A DNA stretch of 64,000 nt from Bifidobacteriaceae bacterium (GCA_031267825.1 JAIRYJ010000015.1:9487-73486), one strand, 5' to 3'; counted from the stretch's first letter, positions 53,607 through 63,733 are shown. The notes: a model not told the origin generated them from the letters alone. Numbers and translations are program-made.

Positions 53607-54908
53607 TCAAGTTATGTCCGGTGCCGGGTTACGTACAGCCTCACCAGCGCCATCGCCCTGCGGGCCGAACAGCGCCACCAATTCGGTTTCTCTAGCTAAG
53701 ACGCCTGACAGGCGGCGCACACCTTCACGGATACGTTCTGGTGTTGGGTAGCAGAACGACAACCGCATCTGGCGGCTGCCTTGGCCGTCAGCGAAGAAAG
53801 CAACCCCCGAAACATAAGCCACCAGTTCGGTCGTAGCCCGTGGCAGCATCGCTTTGGTGTTGATTCCTTCAGGTACTGTCACCCAGGTGTAGAACCCGCC
53901 GCGCGGGTTAGTCCAGCTACATTCCGCCATGTGTTCGGCCAGGCTGGTGGTCATAGCGTCGCAACGTTCACGATAAATCTGGCGGTAGACGTTGATTTGG
54001 CCTAGCCAATCGCAGTTTTCGAGGTAAGCGGCGATTGAAAGTTGTGCCACGTGAGACGGGCAAAGAATGGCGGCTTCGCTGGCCAGCACCAGTTTTTCGC
54101 GTACCGCGTGGGGGGCTAAAGCCCACCCGGTGCGGTAGCCCGGAGCTAGCGTTTTAGAGAACGAACCGAGGTAAATGATGCCATCTTGATCCATTGAACG
54201 GATGGCTGGCAGGACTGAACCATCAAACGCCAGCATGCCGTAGGGGTTGTCCTCAACCACCAGCACCCCAGCGGAACGGCAGATGTCAAGCACTTCGGCG
54301 CGCCGTTCCAAGCTCAAGCTGACACCAGCCGGGTTATGGAAACAGGGGATGGTGTATAAGAACTTGATCCGTTTGCCAGCTTTTCGCAACCGTTTGATGG
54401 TTTGGCGTAAAGCTTCCGGGATCAAGCCGTCAGCGTCCATTGGGATGTGCTCAACCCAAGCCTGATAGGACTTGAAAGCTGATAAGGCGCCAACATAGCT
54501 GGGTGATTCAGCCAGGATGACATCACCTGGGTCAATGAAGATGCGGGTTACCAGATCGATCGCCTGCTGTGAACCGGTCGTGACAACCACATCATCAGGA
54601 TGAGCTTGGATCGATTCCTGCTCCATCACTTCGGTGATTTGGGCGCGCAAACGCGGGTGGCCTTGGCCACCGCCGTATTGCAGTGCGACTGCCCCTTCGG
54701 TGGCGATCAGATCAGCCGTAACTTTGGCGATCAAATCCATTGGTAAGGCGTCAAGGAAGGGCATCCCGCCAGCTAGGGAAACCACCTCAGGACGGTTGGC
54801 GACGGCGAACAAGGCACGGGTTTCGGAGACTTTGAGGCCGTGGGTCCGTTCAGCGTAAGAGCCATACCACGGGTCCAGACGGGTGCCATCTCCTGGGCGA
54901 TTGGCCAT
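53607..54908 (-). CDS. PLP-dependent aminotransferase (class I/II fold, LysN/ARO8-like)
   Basis: 433 aa with the PLP-lysine context GSFSKTLAPGYRTGW. Confidence 0.8.
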   Translation of the reverse strand: MANRPGDGTRLDPWYGSYAERTHGLKVSETRALFAVANRPEVVSLAGGMPFLDALPMDLIAKVTADLIATEGAVALQYGGGQGHPRLRAQITEVMEQESIQAHPDDVVVTTGSQQAIDLVTRIFIDPGDVILAESPSYVGALSAFKSYQAWVEHIPMDADGLIPEALRQTIKRLRKAGKRIKFLYTIPCFHNPAGVSLSLERRAEVLDICRSAGVLVVEDNPYGMLAFDGSVLPAIRSMDQDGIIYLGSFSKTLAPGYRTGWALAPHAVREKLVLASEAAILCPSHVAQLSIAAYLENCDWLGQINVYRQIYRERCDAMTTSLAEHMAECSWTNPRGGFYTWVTVPEGINTKAMLPRATTELVAYVSGVAFFADGQGSRQMRLSFCYPTPERIREGVRRLSGVLARETELVALFGPQGDGAGEAVRNPAPDIT

Positions 54909-54941
54909 TGTTTTTCCTTGATTGTGGGGGCGCGGGCGGTT

Positions 54942-55268
54942 CTAGCTGAGAAACTCAGCTAGTTCCGCGGCCAGCAGCGGCTTGGGTTTAGGGCCAATGA
55001 TTTTCTTAACCAACTGGCCGTTTTGGTAGACGCTCAAAGTTGGGATCGAGATTATTTCAGCGGCTTGAGCTTGGATCGGGTTCTCATCAGTGTTGAGTGC
55101 GAAGAAATCCATCTTGTCGCTGTTCTCAGCGGCTAGTTGTTCAACCACCGGAGTCAACTGGCGGCAAGGGCCACACCACGGCGCCCAGAAGTCCACCAGG
55201 ACTGGCTTGCTAGCTTGTAACACCTTAGCCCCGAAGGTTTCATCGGTGACGGCCGATAACGCACTCAT
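54942..55268 (-). CDS. trxA: Thioredoxin
   Basis: 108 aa with the active site WAPWCGPCR. Confidence 0.97.
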   Translation of the reverse strand: MSALSAVTDETFGAKVLQASKPVLVDFWAPWCGPCRQLTPVVEQLAAENSDKMDFFALNTDENPIQAQAAEIISIPTLSVYQNGQLVKKIIGPKPKPLLAAELAEFLS

Positions 55269-55343
55269 TGTTGTCTCCTCATTCCAGTTCTCTTCCTATT
55301 TTCCCTCAAGGTCGCAAAGCCTCAAGGCGGTAAGGCATCCGCC

Positions 55344-56327
55344 TCAGATGGTGGCGGCCGCCAAGGCGGCGTCAGCCGCCATGCCTTCCAAGTACTCCTG
55401 CGCGTCCAAGGCGGCTTGCGCTCCTGAACCGGCCGCTGTGATGGCTTGGCGATAGGTCCGGTCCACCACGTCACCACAAGCGAAAACACCCGGTAACGAG
55501 GTCGCCTGATGACGGGCCAGGCCAGGCTCATCTGGTGAGGGTGGCCCGTGAACAATGACGTAACCGTTGGAGTCAAGTTCTAGCTGGTCACGGAAAAGCT
55601 CTGAGTTGGGGGCGTGCCCAATCGCGACAAACACACCAGCCACATCAATTTGGCGTTCAGTGTTGTCGCGGATGTCACGTAAGGTCACCCCTGTGACAGT
55701 CGATTCGCCGTGGACTTGGCTGACAACACTGTGCCAGGCGAAGGCGATCTTCGGGTGAGCTAAGGCTCTTTCAGCCATGATGCGTGAGGCTCGCAGTTCG
55801 CCACGGCGGTGGACCACGGTGATTTTGGAAGCGAACTTAGTTAGGAAGACGGCCTCTTCCATGGCTGAATCGCCGCCACCTACAACGATGATTTCTTTAT
55901 CCCGGAAGAAGAACCCGTCACAGGTGGCGCAGTAGGAAACACCGCGCCCGCCGAGGCGCTTTTCAGACTCCAAACCCAATTCGCGGTATGAGGCGCCAGT
56001 CGCGGCGATCACGACAGCGGTCTCGAAAACCTCACCACCAAGGGTCCGGACGGTCTTAACCGGACCGCGTAAAGCGACCTGGTTGACGTCATCGAACAGC
56101 ACCCGGGCGCCGAACCGCTGAGCTTGGGTGGCCATCCGTTCCATTAGTTCGGGACCCATGACGCCTTCTGGGAAACCTGGATAGTTTTCCACCTCGGTGG
56201 TGTTAATCAAGTTCCCGCCCGCTGTCACCGAACCCGCTATAACTAGCGGCTCATAGCCAGCCCGGGCCGCGTAAATCGCGGCGGTGTAGCCGGCCGGGCC
56301 AGATCCGATGATTACAACCTGCTCCAC
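55344..56327 (-). CDS. trxB: Thioredoxin-disulfide reductase
   Basis: GSGPAGYTAA, redox-active CATCDG and GGGDSAMEEA. A GAAGGAGAA Shine-Dalgarno sequence precedes the GTG start. Confidence 0.96.
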   Translation of the reverse strand: MEQVVIIGSGPAGYTAAIYAARAGYEPLVIAGSVTAGGNLINTTEVENYPGFPEGVMGPELMERMATQAQRFGARVLFDDVNQVALRGPVKTVRTLGGEVFETAVVIAATGASYRELGLESEKRLGGRGVSYCATCDGFFFRDKEIIVVGGGDSAMEEAVFLTKFASKITVVHRRGELRASRIMAERALAHPKIAFAWHSVVSQVHGESTVTGVTLRDIRDNTERQIDVAGVFVAIGHAPNSELFRDQLELDSNGYVIVHGPPSPDEPGLARHQATSLPGVFACGDVVDRTYRQAITAAGSGAQAALDAQEYLEGMAADAALAAATI

Positions 56328-56384
56328 GCGTTCTCCTTCGGAAGGCTGATCGGTATCCGGTCAGGCCATGGCTTGACCGGATAC

Positions 56385-56650
56385 TAGGGGCCCGTCCGAT
56401 AACGGGCTCCTAGGGGCCTGTCGTACGACAGGCTCCTATGACACCAAACTATGCTGGTCTTCCGCGTTTCCGCTGGTGAGAGCTCCGCTCACACTGCGTC
56501 AACACGGCCGGAGGGTGTTGTCCAACACCCTCCTAGGTCCATAAGCGGCATCCTATTTCCGCGTTTGCGTGGGTCAGCCATGGGCCGACCCGTGTCAACA
56601 CGGCAAAAGGCGTTGCGGGACAGTCTAGAGGCCCGTCGGATGAGGTTCCT
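56385..56650. repeat. Dispersed modular palindromic element cluster (C, C, B, A, B', C')
   Basis: Two module C palindromes at 56385-56440 are followed by B+A at 56462-56537 and degenerate B'/C' up to 56650. By my manual alignment, 56462-56537 is identical at 72 of 75 positions to the reverse complement of 30848-30925. Confidence 0.9.
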
Positions 56651-59366
56651 AGACGACTCGCGACCCGGGCCAAGCCCGGGGCTCTATAGGACTTAAGTCT
56701 ACTTCAAGTCCAAGTATTCCCACCTGGGTCAGCAAGAGCACCACACCTAGGACCAAACAAGCCAGAACTACCAGAACAAAAACAATCACCGGCCCCCAAG
56801 ACCACTGCCGTCCGGCCGCTTGATCGTCCGGTTCGCCGTCAATCACCCGCTCAAACGATGGCGTATCAGTATCAAACAGAACCTCACCGGCTCTGGCCGT
56901 TCCACCAGCCGGGTCTGGTGCCGTCGGGCCGTCTAGGGCGACTGCGTCAACGCCGGGCGCCTGACGGCCTGGTTCTAATCCAGGCAAGTCAGGTACTGGT
57001 GGTAAGTCTTGGGTGGCGTCGCCCGGCAGCAGGCCAGCCGATCTGAGCGGACCAGCCGCCGTCCCGTCCGGCGGTGCCACCAGGCTGGCTGAGCTGTCCC
57101 CGGCCTCAGCGCCAGCCCGCGGCACCGGTGTGGCCAACAGGCCCGCGCTGCCAACCCGGCCACGCGGCTGCGGGCGGCGGGCCGACAGTGGCCTGACGGC
57201 TGGTGGCGGGCCAGTTTCCACCTGGGACCTGTCCAGATGTACCGGTTCAAGCACAATGGTTGATTCGTCGTCTATGACACCGGCGGCCGGTGGGCTGAAG
57301 CTGGCGCCGTAACCAGACCGGTCCAGCGGGCCGCTTTGAACTGGCTGAGCGGCGGCACCTTCGGCGCCCAGGCCGGACAGTCCGGGTGGGCGGCCCGGAT
57401 CAAAGGCCGTGGCGCCCGTTAGGCCAGACCCGTCCGGCTCCGGATCAAACAGGGCCGCACCGGGTGCGGCCAGGCCACTTGACGCTAAACCACTTGACGT
57501 TGGCCCGCTCGACGCCGAACCGCCTGATGTTAGGCCGTCCAATGTCGCCTCATCGAGGGAATCATCCAAACCAGACGGACTGCCCAAGCCAAGCAAGTCG
57601 TCAGCGCTGGCGCCGCCCAGACCGGGCGACCCGGCCTGTTCCGCCAGGCTGTCAGTTAGGCCCTCCGGACCGGACGCCCCGGCCTGCTGGCCTTGACCAG
57701 ACAACCAACTAGGCGGAGCCAACCGGCTTGGCGTCCAACGGGTGTATCGGGTTGGGCCGCTGACCGGTCCGGCCGTCCGGCCCGTCAGGCCAGACGGTGG
57801 TGTCAGTCCCAGGCCAGCCGCGCCCTCACCTAACTGACCGCCGACCGGTCCATCCGGACCGGCCAAAGCCTCGGCCGAATCATCGGGGGAATCAGCAGGC
57901 CAGATGGGGCTGGCTTGGCCAACATCCAAAGCGGGCTTAGGGAGATCTTCTGCCAGACCCGCGACCACCTGGCCAGGCACAGCCTGGCCAGCGGAATCAT
58001 CAAACTGGCCGTCCACCGCTGGCGGCCCGCTGGGCGCATCATCCGGTTGATCGGACCGGCCATCCTGGCCGCCAGCGAAACCAGTCGCGCCACCCGGCAA
58101 GCCCGCCAAAGCGGCCGAAGCCAGCAAGGTTGACAGGTCCTCCGGCAACGGCGGCAAGTCTAGTTCTGGCACTTCAGGTAACTCGGGTAGCGGCACAGCC
58201 GCCAAATCCCGTAACCGTTCCAGCAGTTCAGAGCGGTCCGGCGGTGGCTCTGGCGGTTCGCCGACCGGAGGTGGAACAACGGCTGGTGGTTCAGCGTCCT
58301 CCAACCCGAAGCGCCGCCGGGTTGGCGTCAAGTCATAGCCCAATGGTGACAAGATCGCCTCAATAGCGGCTAACTTCTGCTGGATCTCGTCATCTGCCGC
58401 CAAAGCCGCGACGTCGGCATCGGTCGGCCCAAGCGGTTCCGCCCCGGCTGGTAGCTGACTTGGCGGAACCGAACTAGCGTCCTGGTCAACCACCTCGCCG
58501 TCGGCCGACGGTGCTGGTAGCTCTAAAGCCGAATCATCCAACGGCATTGGCGGAGTCACCGCCCGCGGAATTGGCCCACGAACCGACACGGTATGCCGTA
58601 AAGTAATCCTGACCTGTGGCCAAGCCCCCAGATCAGACATCAGTCCAGCGGCCGAGACCGGACCTCCACTACCTGACAGTGTGACCGTGCAGAGCGTGTT
58701 GAGATCACCAGGCACAGCCGACACCAATTCAATTGGTGCCACCGGGGCACCGTCCCAAGCTGGTGGTTCCGGCATGACACTAGGGGTTAAACCAGGCCAG
58801 CGGGCCGTCAACGCGGCGTAAAGGATCGACACCAAAGCCCGGGCATCCGTTTGGGCGCAAACCTGCGGGTCAACCGCCACCGCCCCACGCAGAGCGGCAT
58901 CCCAAGCCAACCCGCCCACCTTGACGGTCTCTCCTTGACCCAGGAACACCAGTTCAGGGCGTAAAGCCAAATGGTAGACATCAGCTCTAGCGGCCACATC
59001 CAAGGCGGAAGCCACTTCACCGGCCACCGCCCGGGCTTGAATAGCCGCTAACGGGCCGACATCCGCCAGCGACACGCCATCCAGTGCCTCCGTCAAAATG
59101 AACGACACGCCAGAGTAAGTCCCGGCATCAATGATTCGGGCCAAACGCGGATCATCAACTAAGGCGGCGCGGCGGGCGGCGTCAATCGCATCAGCCTTAC
59201 GCGGACCGGTCAGCAGGTAAACATCAACCTGGCGCGACAAAATCTTGTCGGTTCCGCGGAACCGCACCGCATCAGGCAAATTAGAGAACAACTCAGCGTC
59301 CAGCCGGTAACGGCCCATCATTAGGTCGCCCGGACCAAGTGAGGGGCGCGGCGCAGCGGAGTCCAT
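56649..59366 (-). CDS. Pseudokinase-domain protein with long disordered region and C-terminal TM anchor (stand-alone counterpart of the MviN/Rv3910 pseudokinase module)
   Basis: The N-terminal 270 aa or so are protein-kinase-like but degenerate (HLALRPELV in place of HRDLKPxN, and no DFG). About 550 aa of P/G/S/A-rich sequence follow. There is a single TM segment about 25 aa from the C-terminus. It lies directly downstream of murJ. Confidence 0.65.
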   Translation of the reverse strand: MDSAAPRPSLGPGDLMMGRYRLDAELFSNLPDAVRFRGTDKILSRQVDVYLLTGPRKADAIDAARRAALVDDPRLARIIDAGTYSGVSFILTEALDGVSLADVGPLAAIQARAVAGEVASALDVAARADVYHLALRPELVFLGQGETVKVGGLAWDAALRGAVAVDPQVCAQTDARALVSILYAALTARWPGLTPSVMPEPPAWDGAPVAPIELVSAVPGDLNTLCTVTLSGSGGPVSAAGLMSDLGAWPQVRITLRHTVSVRGPIPRAVTPPMPLDDSALELPAPSADGEVVDQDASSVPPSQLPAGAEPLGPTDADVAALAADDEIQQKLAAIEAILSPLGYDLTPTRRRFGLEDAEPPAVVPPPVGEPPEPPPDRSELLERLRDLAAVPLPELPEVPELDLPPLPEDLSTLLASAALAGLPGGATGFAGGQDGRSDQPDDAPSGPPAVDGQFDDSAGQAVPGQVVAGLAEDLPKPALDVGQASPIWPADSPDDSAEALAGPDGPVGGQLGEGAAGLGLTPPSGLTGRTAGPVSGPTRYTRWTPSRLAPPSWLSGQGQQAGASGPEGLTDSLAEQAGSPGLGGASADDLLGLGSPSGLDDSLDEATLDGLTSGGSASSGPTSSGLASSGLAAPGAALFDPEPDGSGLTGATAFDPGRPPGLSGLGAEGAAAQPVQSGPLDRSGYGASFSPPAAGVIDDESTIVLEPVHLDRSQVETGPPPAVRPLSARRPQPRGRVGSAGLLATPVPRAGAEAGDSSASLVAPPDGTAAGPLRSAGLLPGDATQDLPPVPDLPGLEPGRQAPGVDAVALDGPTAPDPAGGTARAGEVLFDTDTPSFERVIDGEPDDQAAGRQWSWGPVIVFVLVVLACLVLGVVLLLTQVGILGLEVDLSPIEPRAWPGSRVV

Positions 59367-59409
59367 CAGCCTTTACTCCCAACTCTGGTGGCAGGTGGTC
59401 CCGCCAATA

Positions 59410-61074
59410 CTAGCCGGTGGCGCTGGCTCGGTCCTTTGGCCGGCCTTTGAACAGTGACGCGACAAAGGCTGTCAATTCAGTCACGCCCAAAATCCGGAGC
59501 AGACCCAGGTATAGAACCACCATGAACGGGCCAATCAAGATTAGCGCCAACAGGGCGGTGTTGATAGACGCCCCGCCCTGGCCAGGAAAAAAGGTTAGCA
59601 ATTCCCAACCAACCTCACCGGTTAGCAACGCTGCCGCCCCAGTCCGGGCATGCATCCAGGCCAGGCCAGGTCCATCAACTCCGCCGAGCCGGTCACGCAA
59701 AGTCGTCAGACGCAGAATCGCGCCAGCCAAGAAAGACAAACTCTGACCCAATCCGATCCCAGTGACCCACCAATCCGGCGGCAGCAGCCAAACACAAACC
59801 AAAGAGAAACCGCCAAACAGCAGTGACATTGGAATCTGCAGCGCCAACAGGGTCCGGCCGTCCTCCAAAGCGAAAAAGACCCGCTTGATCAGCAAAGTCA
59901 TGCCTAAAGGAACCAGTCCAAGCGACAACGCTACAACCGGGCCAGACATGACAGAGATCTCCGCCACTGAGACACCCGGCTGCAGCAACCGGCACAGCGG
60001 CTGGGCCAACACCACCAGCAAAGCCGTGAACATGAAACTGAAAGCGCTGGTTGTGCGGATGCCATAAGACAAGTCTTGACGCACCCGGGCCATATCACCG
60101 GCCATGACATGTTCACTCATACGAGTGAACAACGCGGTGGTGAGTGACACGGTGATCAAAGAATGCGGAATTATGTAAATGCCCAAAGCTAAGGTCAGGA
60201 CAAAATTCGACGCCACCACCCGGCCGTCGGCCGCCCCCTGGGCGGCTGACGCCAGTTTTATGGCCAGCCACATCGCTCCTTGGCTGAACAGCAAAGACAA
60301 CGCCGTCCAGCCAACCATCCGGGCAACCCGGCCCAGACCTGAGTCACGCAATCCCCACCGCCAGCGCGGGAACAAACCCAGCCGGGCCATTGGAATCAGC
60401 AAAATCAACGCTTGGGTGGCGATCCCAAGGGTGGCTGTGCCCGCTAATAAGGCGACTTTGCCTAGGCCCCAATCGCCTTGGCCGGATTGACCGGCGGTCG
60501 CGTTATAGCCGCCAAAAACGGCGATGAAGGCGATGAAACCGATGATTGAAACTATGTTGTTGGCGGCCGGTGCCCACATCACACTCCCAAAAGCGCCGCG
60601 CGCGTTGAGCACCTGGCTCCACAAGGTGTACAAGCCGTAGAAGAAAACTTGCGGCAAACACCAGTAGGCGAAAACCGTGCCCAGAGCAAGTTTCTCCTGA
60701 TCCCAGCCGTGGGTGAACAACCCGATCCAGAAACCAGCCGAAAGTGTCAGGGCGAATGTCAGCAAACCGAGCAGCCAAGTCGCCGCCGTCAGCAAGCGGT
60801 GAACGAACTCCTCACCGCGGCCTTCGGCGAAGGCCCGGACGATTTGCGGTACCAGCACAGCGTTCAGCACACCCTCAGCCAGGATGGCGTAAAAGAAATT
60901 AGGTAAGGTGTTGGCCGCGTCAAAGGCATTACCGGCCACTGAGGCCGCTCCCAAAGCGGCTCCCAGGAGACCAAAACGGATCACCCCGGTCAACCTTGAG
61001 AAGGCCGTCCCGCTAGCCATCAAGACAGTCGACCTAGCCAAAGATCCTGAGGCCCGCCGAGCAGTCCGCCTCAC
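59410..61074 (-). CDS. murJ: Lipid II flippase MurJ (MviN)
   Basis: 554 aa and about 14 TM segments. The MurJ-typical N-terminus reads SRLTGVIRFGLLGAALGA..AFDAANTLPNFFYAILAEGVLNAVLVPQIVRA. Confidence 0.9.
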   Translation of the reverse strand: MRRTARRASGSLARSTVLMASGTAFSRLTGVIRFGLLGAALGAASVAGNAFDAANTLPNFFYAILAEGVLNAVLVPQIVRAFAEGRGEEFVHRLLTAATWLLGLLTFALTLSAGFWIGLFTHGWDQEKLALGTVFAYWCLPQVFFYGLYTLWSQVLNARGAFGSVMWAPAANNIVSIIGFIAFIAVFGGYNATAGQSGQGDWGLGKVALLAGTATLGIATQALILLIPMARLGLFPRWRWGLRDSGLGRVARMVGWTALSLLFSQGAMWLAIKLASAAQGAADGRVVASNFVLTLALGIYIIPHSLITVSLTTALFTRMSEHVMAGDMARVRQDLSYGIRTTSAFSFMFTALLVVLAQPLCRLLQPGVSVAEISVMSGPVVALSLGLVPLGMTLLIKRVFFALEDGRTLLALQIPMSLLFGGFSLVCVWLLPPDWWVTGIGLGQSLSFLAGAILRLTTLRDRLGGVDGPGLAWMHARTGAAALLTGEVGWELLTFFPGQGGASINTALLALILIGPFMVVLYLGLLRILGVTELTAFVASLFKGRPKDRASATG

Positions 61075-63245
61075 GCCGGCCGCTCCCTATCAACCTCCAG
61101 GCCGCCTTGTCTTGAGTCCGGCCCGGGTCGACGCCTTTCGGCTGGTACGAGTTCCGGTTCGGTGGGATCATCAGCGGCGGCTAAAGGCTGTGATGGAGTT
61201 TGTCCGGGTCGCGCCAGCCGCCCTCCGGTCCGCCGGTCAGCCCGCCGTTTACGGGCTGTCGCGATGATTCCCAGGACCACTACTGTCCCAAGGATCCAGC
61301 CGATCACAGCGGTCAGCCGGTCTTCCCATTCCGCCCGGATCCGCATTGTCATTGAGGCTGGTCCAGTAACTGGCTGGCCGGACTGGTCAAGCAAATCAAC
61401 CCGGACATCAAAGACACCGTTGGCGACAGCGTGGACCGGCACACGGGCGGTCACTGACTGGCCCGGACTGAGTTCGACTTCAACGCCATCATCCATCCGG
61501 ATGGCATTGGTTTGGGCGGTCAGTTTCACCACCAGCCCGCTGACCGACTGATTTGATTGGTTCTCCACCACAACCGGAACCATGCCGTCATCGCTGATCA
61601 AGTTCACTTCGCTGCCTGCCACTACCTGAACTGGCGGCACCGAAGTGGCTTTATCGGTCAAAGCTGTGCGGGCGGCCTCAGTCCGTGACTGGCCGACCGG
61701 CGTGGCATTGGACAGCGGCACCAGCAGCGGAGGCACTGAGCGGGCCAAATATTCGCCGGACTGGGCTGTCAGCGAAGCGAAAGCCGCGTCATGGGCGATT
61801 CCTTGGAGCAGTTCACGCAACTCGGACAGTGACGGGCCAGGCCAGGTATCGCCTGCCGCCAACGCGGCGACGGGGCTAGCTGATTGGCTGAGGATTGATC
61901 GCAGCGTCACCGTTTCAACCCAACTAGCTCCAATCAACTGGCGCAGTAACAAGTCACCGCCAGCCGATGGCTCCCAGCCGCGAGGCATCACCACCACCCT
62001 GACGCCGACTTGCCCGTCGATTTGGCCTTGAAGGGCGGCGAAAGCCGCATCCGCCAGCACAGTGTTGACGTCAAGCGTGCCGTCTAACCGCTTCAGCTTC
62101 TCACCTAGCCAAGCGTCAGGGGCTATCAAAGTCAGGCCCCCAGGTGACTGGTGAACCGCGCCGTCTCCGGCCAGGCCGGCCTGGTCGGGGGCCAGCAAGA
62201 TGGCCGAACTACCGGACTGCCGAATGAACTCAGCCCCGGCCGCGCTCAGGCCGCGGGCCGCCCATGACAGGTCAGAGCCAACCAGGCCGGCTGTGTCCGG
62301 TCCTAAGACTTCCTCTAAGGTCCGTTGAGCCAGTTCCCGGCTGGTCTGTTCGGCGGCGGCCGCCCCAGCCGCCGCGCCGTCCAGCAGCGCCTCATCAATG
62401 TCCTGGTACGGCAGGGTGTAAACCGCCTTTCCAGATTCAGCCGCGTCACGCACTCGCGCAGCCAGATATTGGGTGGCGCCTTGGCTCGAATCGTTAGCCG
62501 CCGTCAAGAGCGCGGGATCAAGCAGCCAGGTGATCCAAGATTCGGCCGTGGCGGTAGCCACTGTGTCAAGCCGGGCCAGCGTTTTGTCACGGGTTTCACC
62601 TGGGCCAGCCGTCAAGCCCGCCACCACGGTCAAGTTCATCCGGCCGCGGGCGGCCTCATCCGGGGCGTAAACCACATAGCTGCGGTCAGCCGCTGTTGGT
62701 CCCTGCGCCAGGGTTTCAAGCTCAACCAAAATGCCGCGCGGACCCCAGCCTGGTTCAGCGCCACGGGTACCAAGGACCATCCGTTCGGCATTGGTTTCAA
62801 AACTGAAGGTCGCGGTCTGCCCTGGTGCGACCGACTGGTGCGGCACCGCTTTGACCGTCCAGGCGTCGTTCCGTGCTTGCGCCACCGAGCGGCTGGTCCA
62901 AGCCCGCAGTTCGTCAGCTGAGTTGAAGGGGTCATACGCCACCCGCAGATTGATGTCACCGGTGACCAGTTCAGCTGTCGTGTTGGTCAACTCGGCCGTT
63001 ACCCGCATCGGCTGGTCCGGGCTGTTCAACACTGGTGTGGCACTGAGGATGGTCAGCTTGACCGCCCCGCTTTGAGCGGCCGCTTCGACGGCCGCCGTGG
63101 TGCCGCCAGCCACGGCGCCACCAGTCGTGACGCCGCCAGCCGCTGAGCTAAAAGCCCCCAGCGCCCGCCCAGCCGGACTGGTTAACTGTCCCAGGCCAGA
63201 CACCAGGCAGGTCAGCACAACGCCAACCACCAATGTTGTTTTCAC
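61071..63245 (-). CDS. Rv3909-like (DUF6049-type) secreted/anchored protein
   Basis: It has a signal peptide, a large extracytoplasmic region and a C-terminal TM segment plus basic tail. There are 4-nt overlaps with both neighbours. The mutT4-X-mviN order matches M. tuberculosis. Confidence 0.6.
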   Translation of the reverse strand: MKTTLVVGVVLTCLVSGLGQLTSPAGRALGAFSSAAGGVTTGGAVAGGTTAAVEAAAQSGAVKLTILSATPVLNSPDQPMRVTAELTNTTAELVTGDINLRVAYDPFNSADELRAWTSRSVAQARNDAWTVKAVPHQSVAPGQTATFSFETNAERMVLGTRGAEPGWGPRGILVELETLAQGPTAADRSYVVYAPDEAARGRMNLTVVAGLTAGPGETRDKTLARLDTVATATAESWITWLLDPALLTAANDSSQGATQYLAARVRDAAESGKAVYTLPYQDIDEALLDGAAAGAAAAEQTSRELAQRTLEEVLGPDTAGLVGSDLSWAARGLSAAGAEFIRQSGSSAILLAPDQAGLAGDGAVHQSPGGLTLIAPDAWLGEKLKRLDGTLDVNTVLADAAFAALQGQIDGQVGVRVVVMPRGWEPSAGGDLLLRQLIGASWVETVTLRSILSQSASPVAALAAGDTWPGPSLSELRELLQGIAHDAAFASLTAQSGEYLARSVPPLLVPLSNATPVGQSRTEAARTALTDKATSVPPVQVVAGSEVNLISDDGMVPVVVENQSNQSVSGLVVKLTAQTNAIRMDDGVEVELSPGQSVTARVPVHAVANGVFDVRVDLLDQSGQPVTGPASMTMRIRAEWEDRLTAVIGWILGTVVVLGIIATARKRRADRRTGGRLARPGQTPSQPLAAADDPTEPELVPAERRRPGPDSRQGGLEVDRERPA

Positions 63246-63733
63246 GCCGGACCATCCAACAAGCGGCGCGCCATTTGCACCAGTCGGCGTTCGTTGGGAT
63301 AAGCCAACCGTTCGCGTAACTCGTCCAACGGCACCCAGGCGGCCTCTTCAGCTTCAGCGTCTGGGTCGTTTTCGGCCGTCAACTGCCCTTCCTGAGCTGA
63401 CAGCAAATAGTGGTGAACCACTTTGTGCACCCGGTGCGATTGCCCTACGAACCAATAGTCAATCGACCCGAGATGACGGATCACCTGACCGCGAATGCCG
63501 GTCTCCTCCAAGATTTCACGAACCGCCGCCGCTGCTGGAGTTTCGCCATCTTCTAGATGACCCTTCGGTAGGCACCATTCGAGGCGGCCACCCCGGTTGC
63601 GCCGCGCGATCACAGCGGCATGAGCCACCCCATCAATCGCGTCCACCACTAAACCCCCAGCCGAAACCTCCTCCACCACCGGCAGGGTAGCCTCTGCCTG
63701 AGTCGCATGGGGTTGCACGGCCATAACAATCAA
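63242..63733 (-). CDS. NUDIX hydrolase (MutT4-like)
   Basis: Nudix box GHLEDGETPAAAAVREILEETGI. Confidence 0.9.
   Translation of the reverse strand: MIVMAVQPHATQAEATLPVVEEVSAGGLVVDAIDGVAHAAVIARRNRGGRLEWCLPKGHLEDGETPAAAAVREILEETGIRGQVIRHLGSIDYWFVGQSHRVHKVVHHYLLSAQEGQLTAENDPDAEAEEAAWVPLDELRERLAYPNERRLVQMARRLLDGPA

Noticed and set aside
56451-56696. 81-aa plus-strand ORF (MLVFRVSAGESSAHTASTRPEGVVQHPPRS...).
   Set aside because: It is the translation of an intergenic copy of the dispersed repeat. It shares its peptide with the TadC insertion only because the DNA is the same element. It has no Shine-Dalgarno sequence and no independent coding signal.
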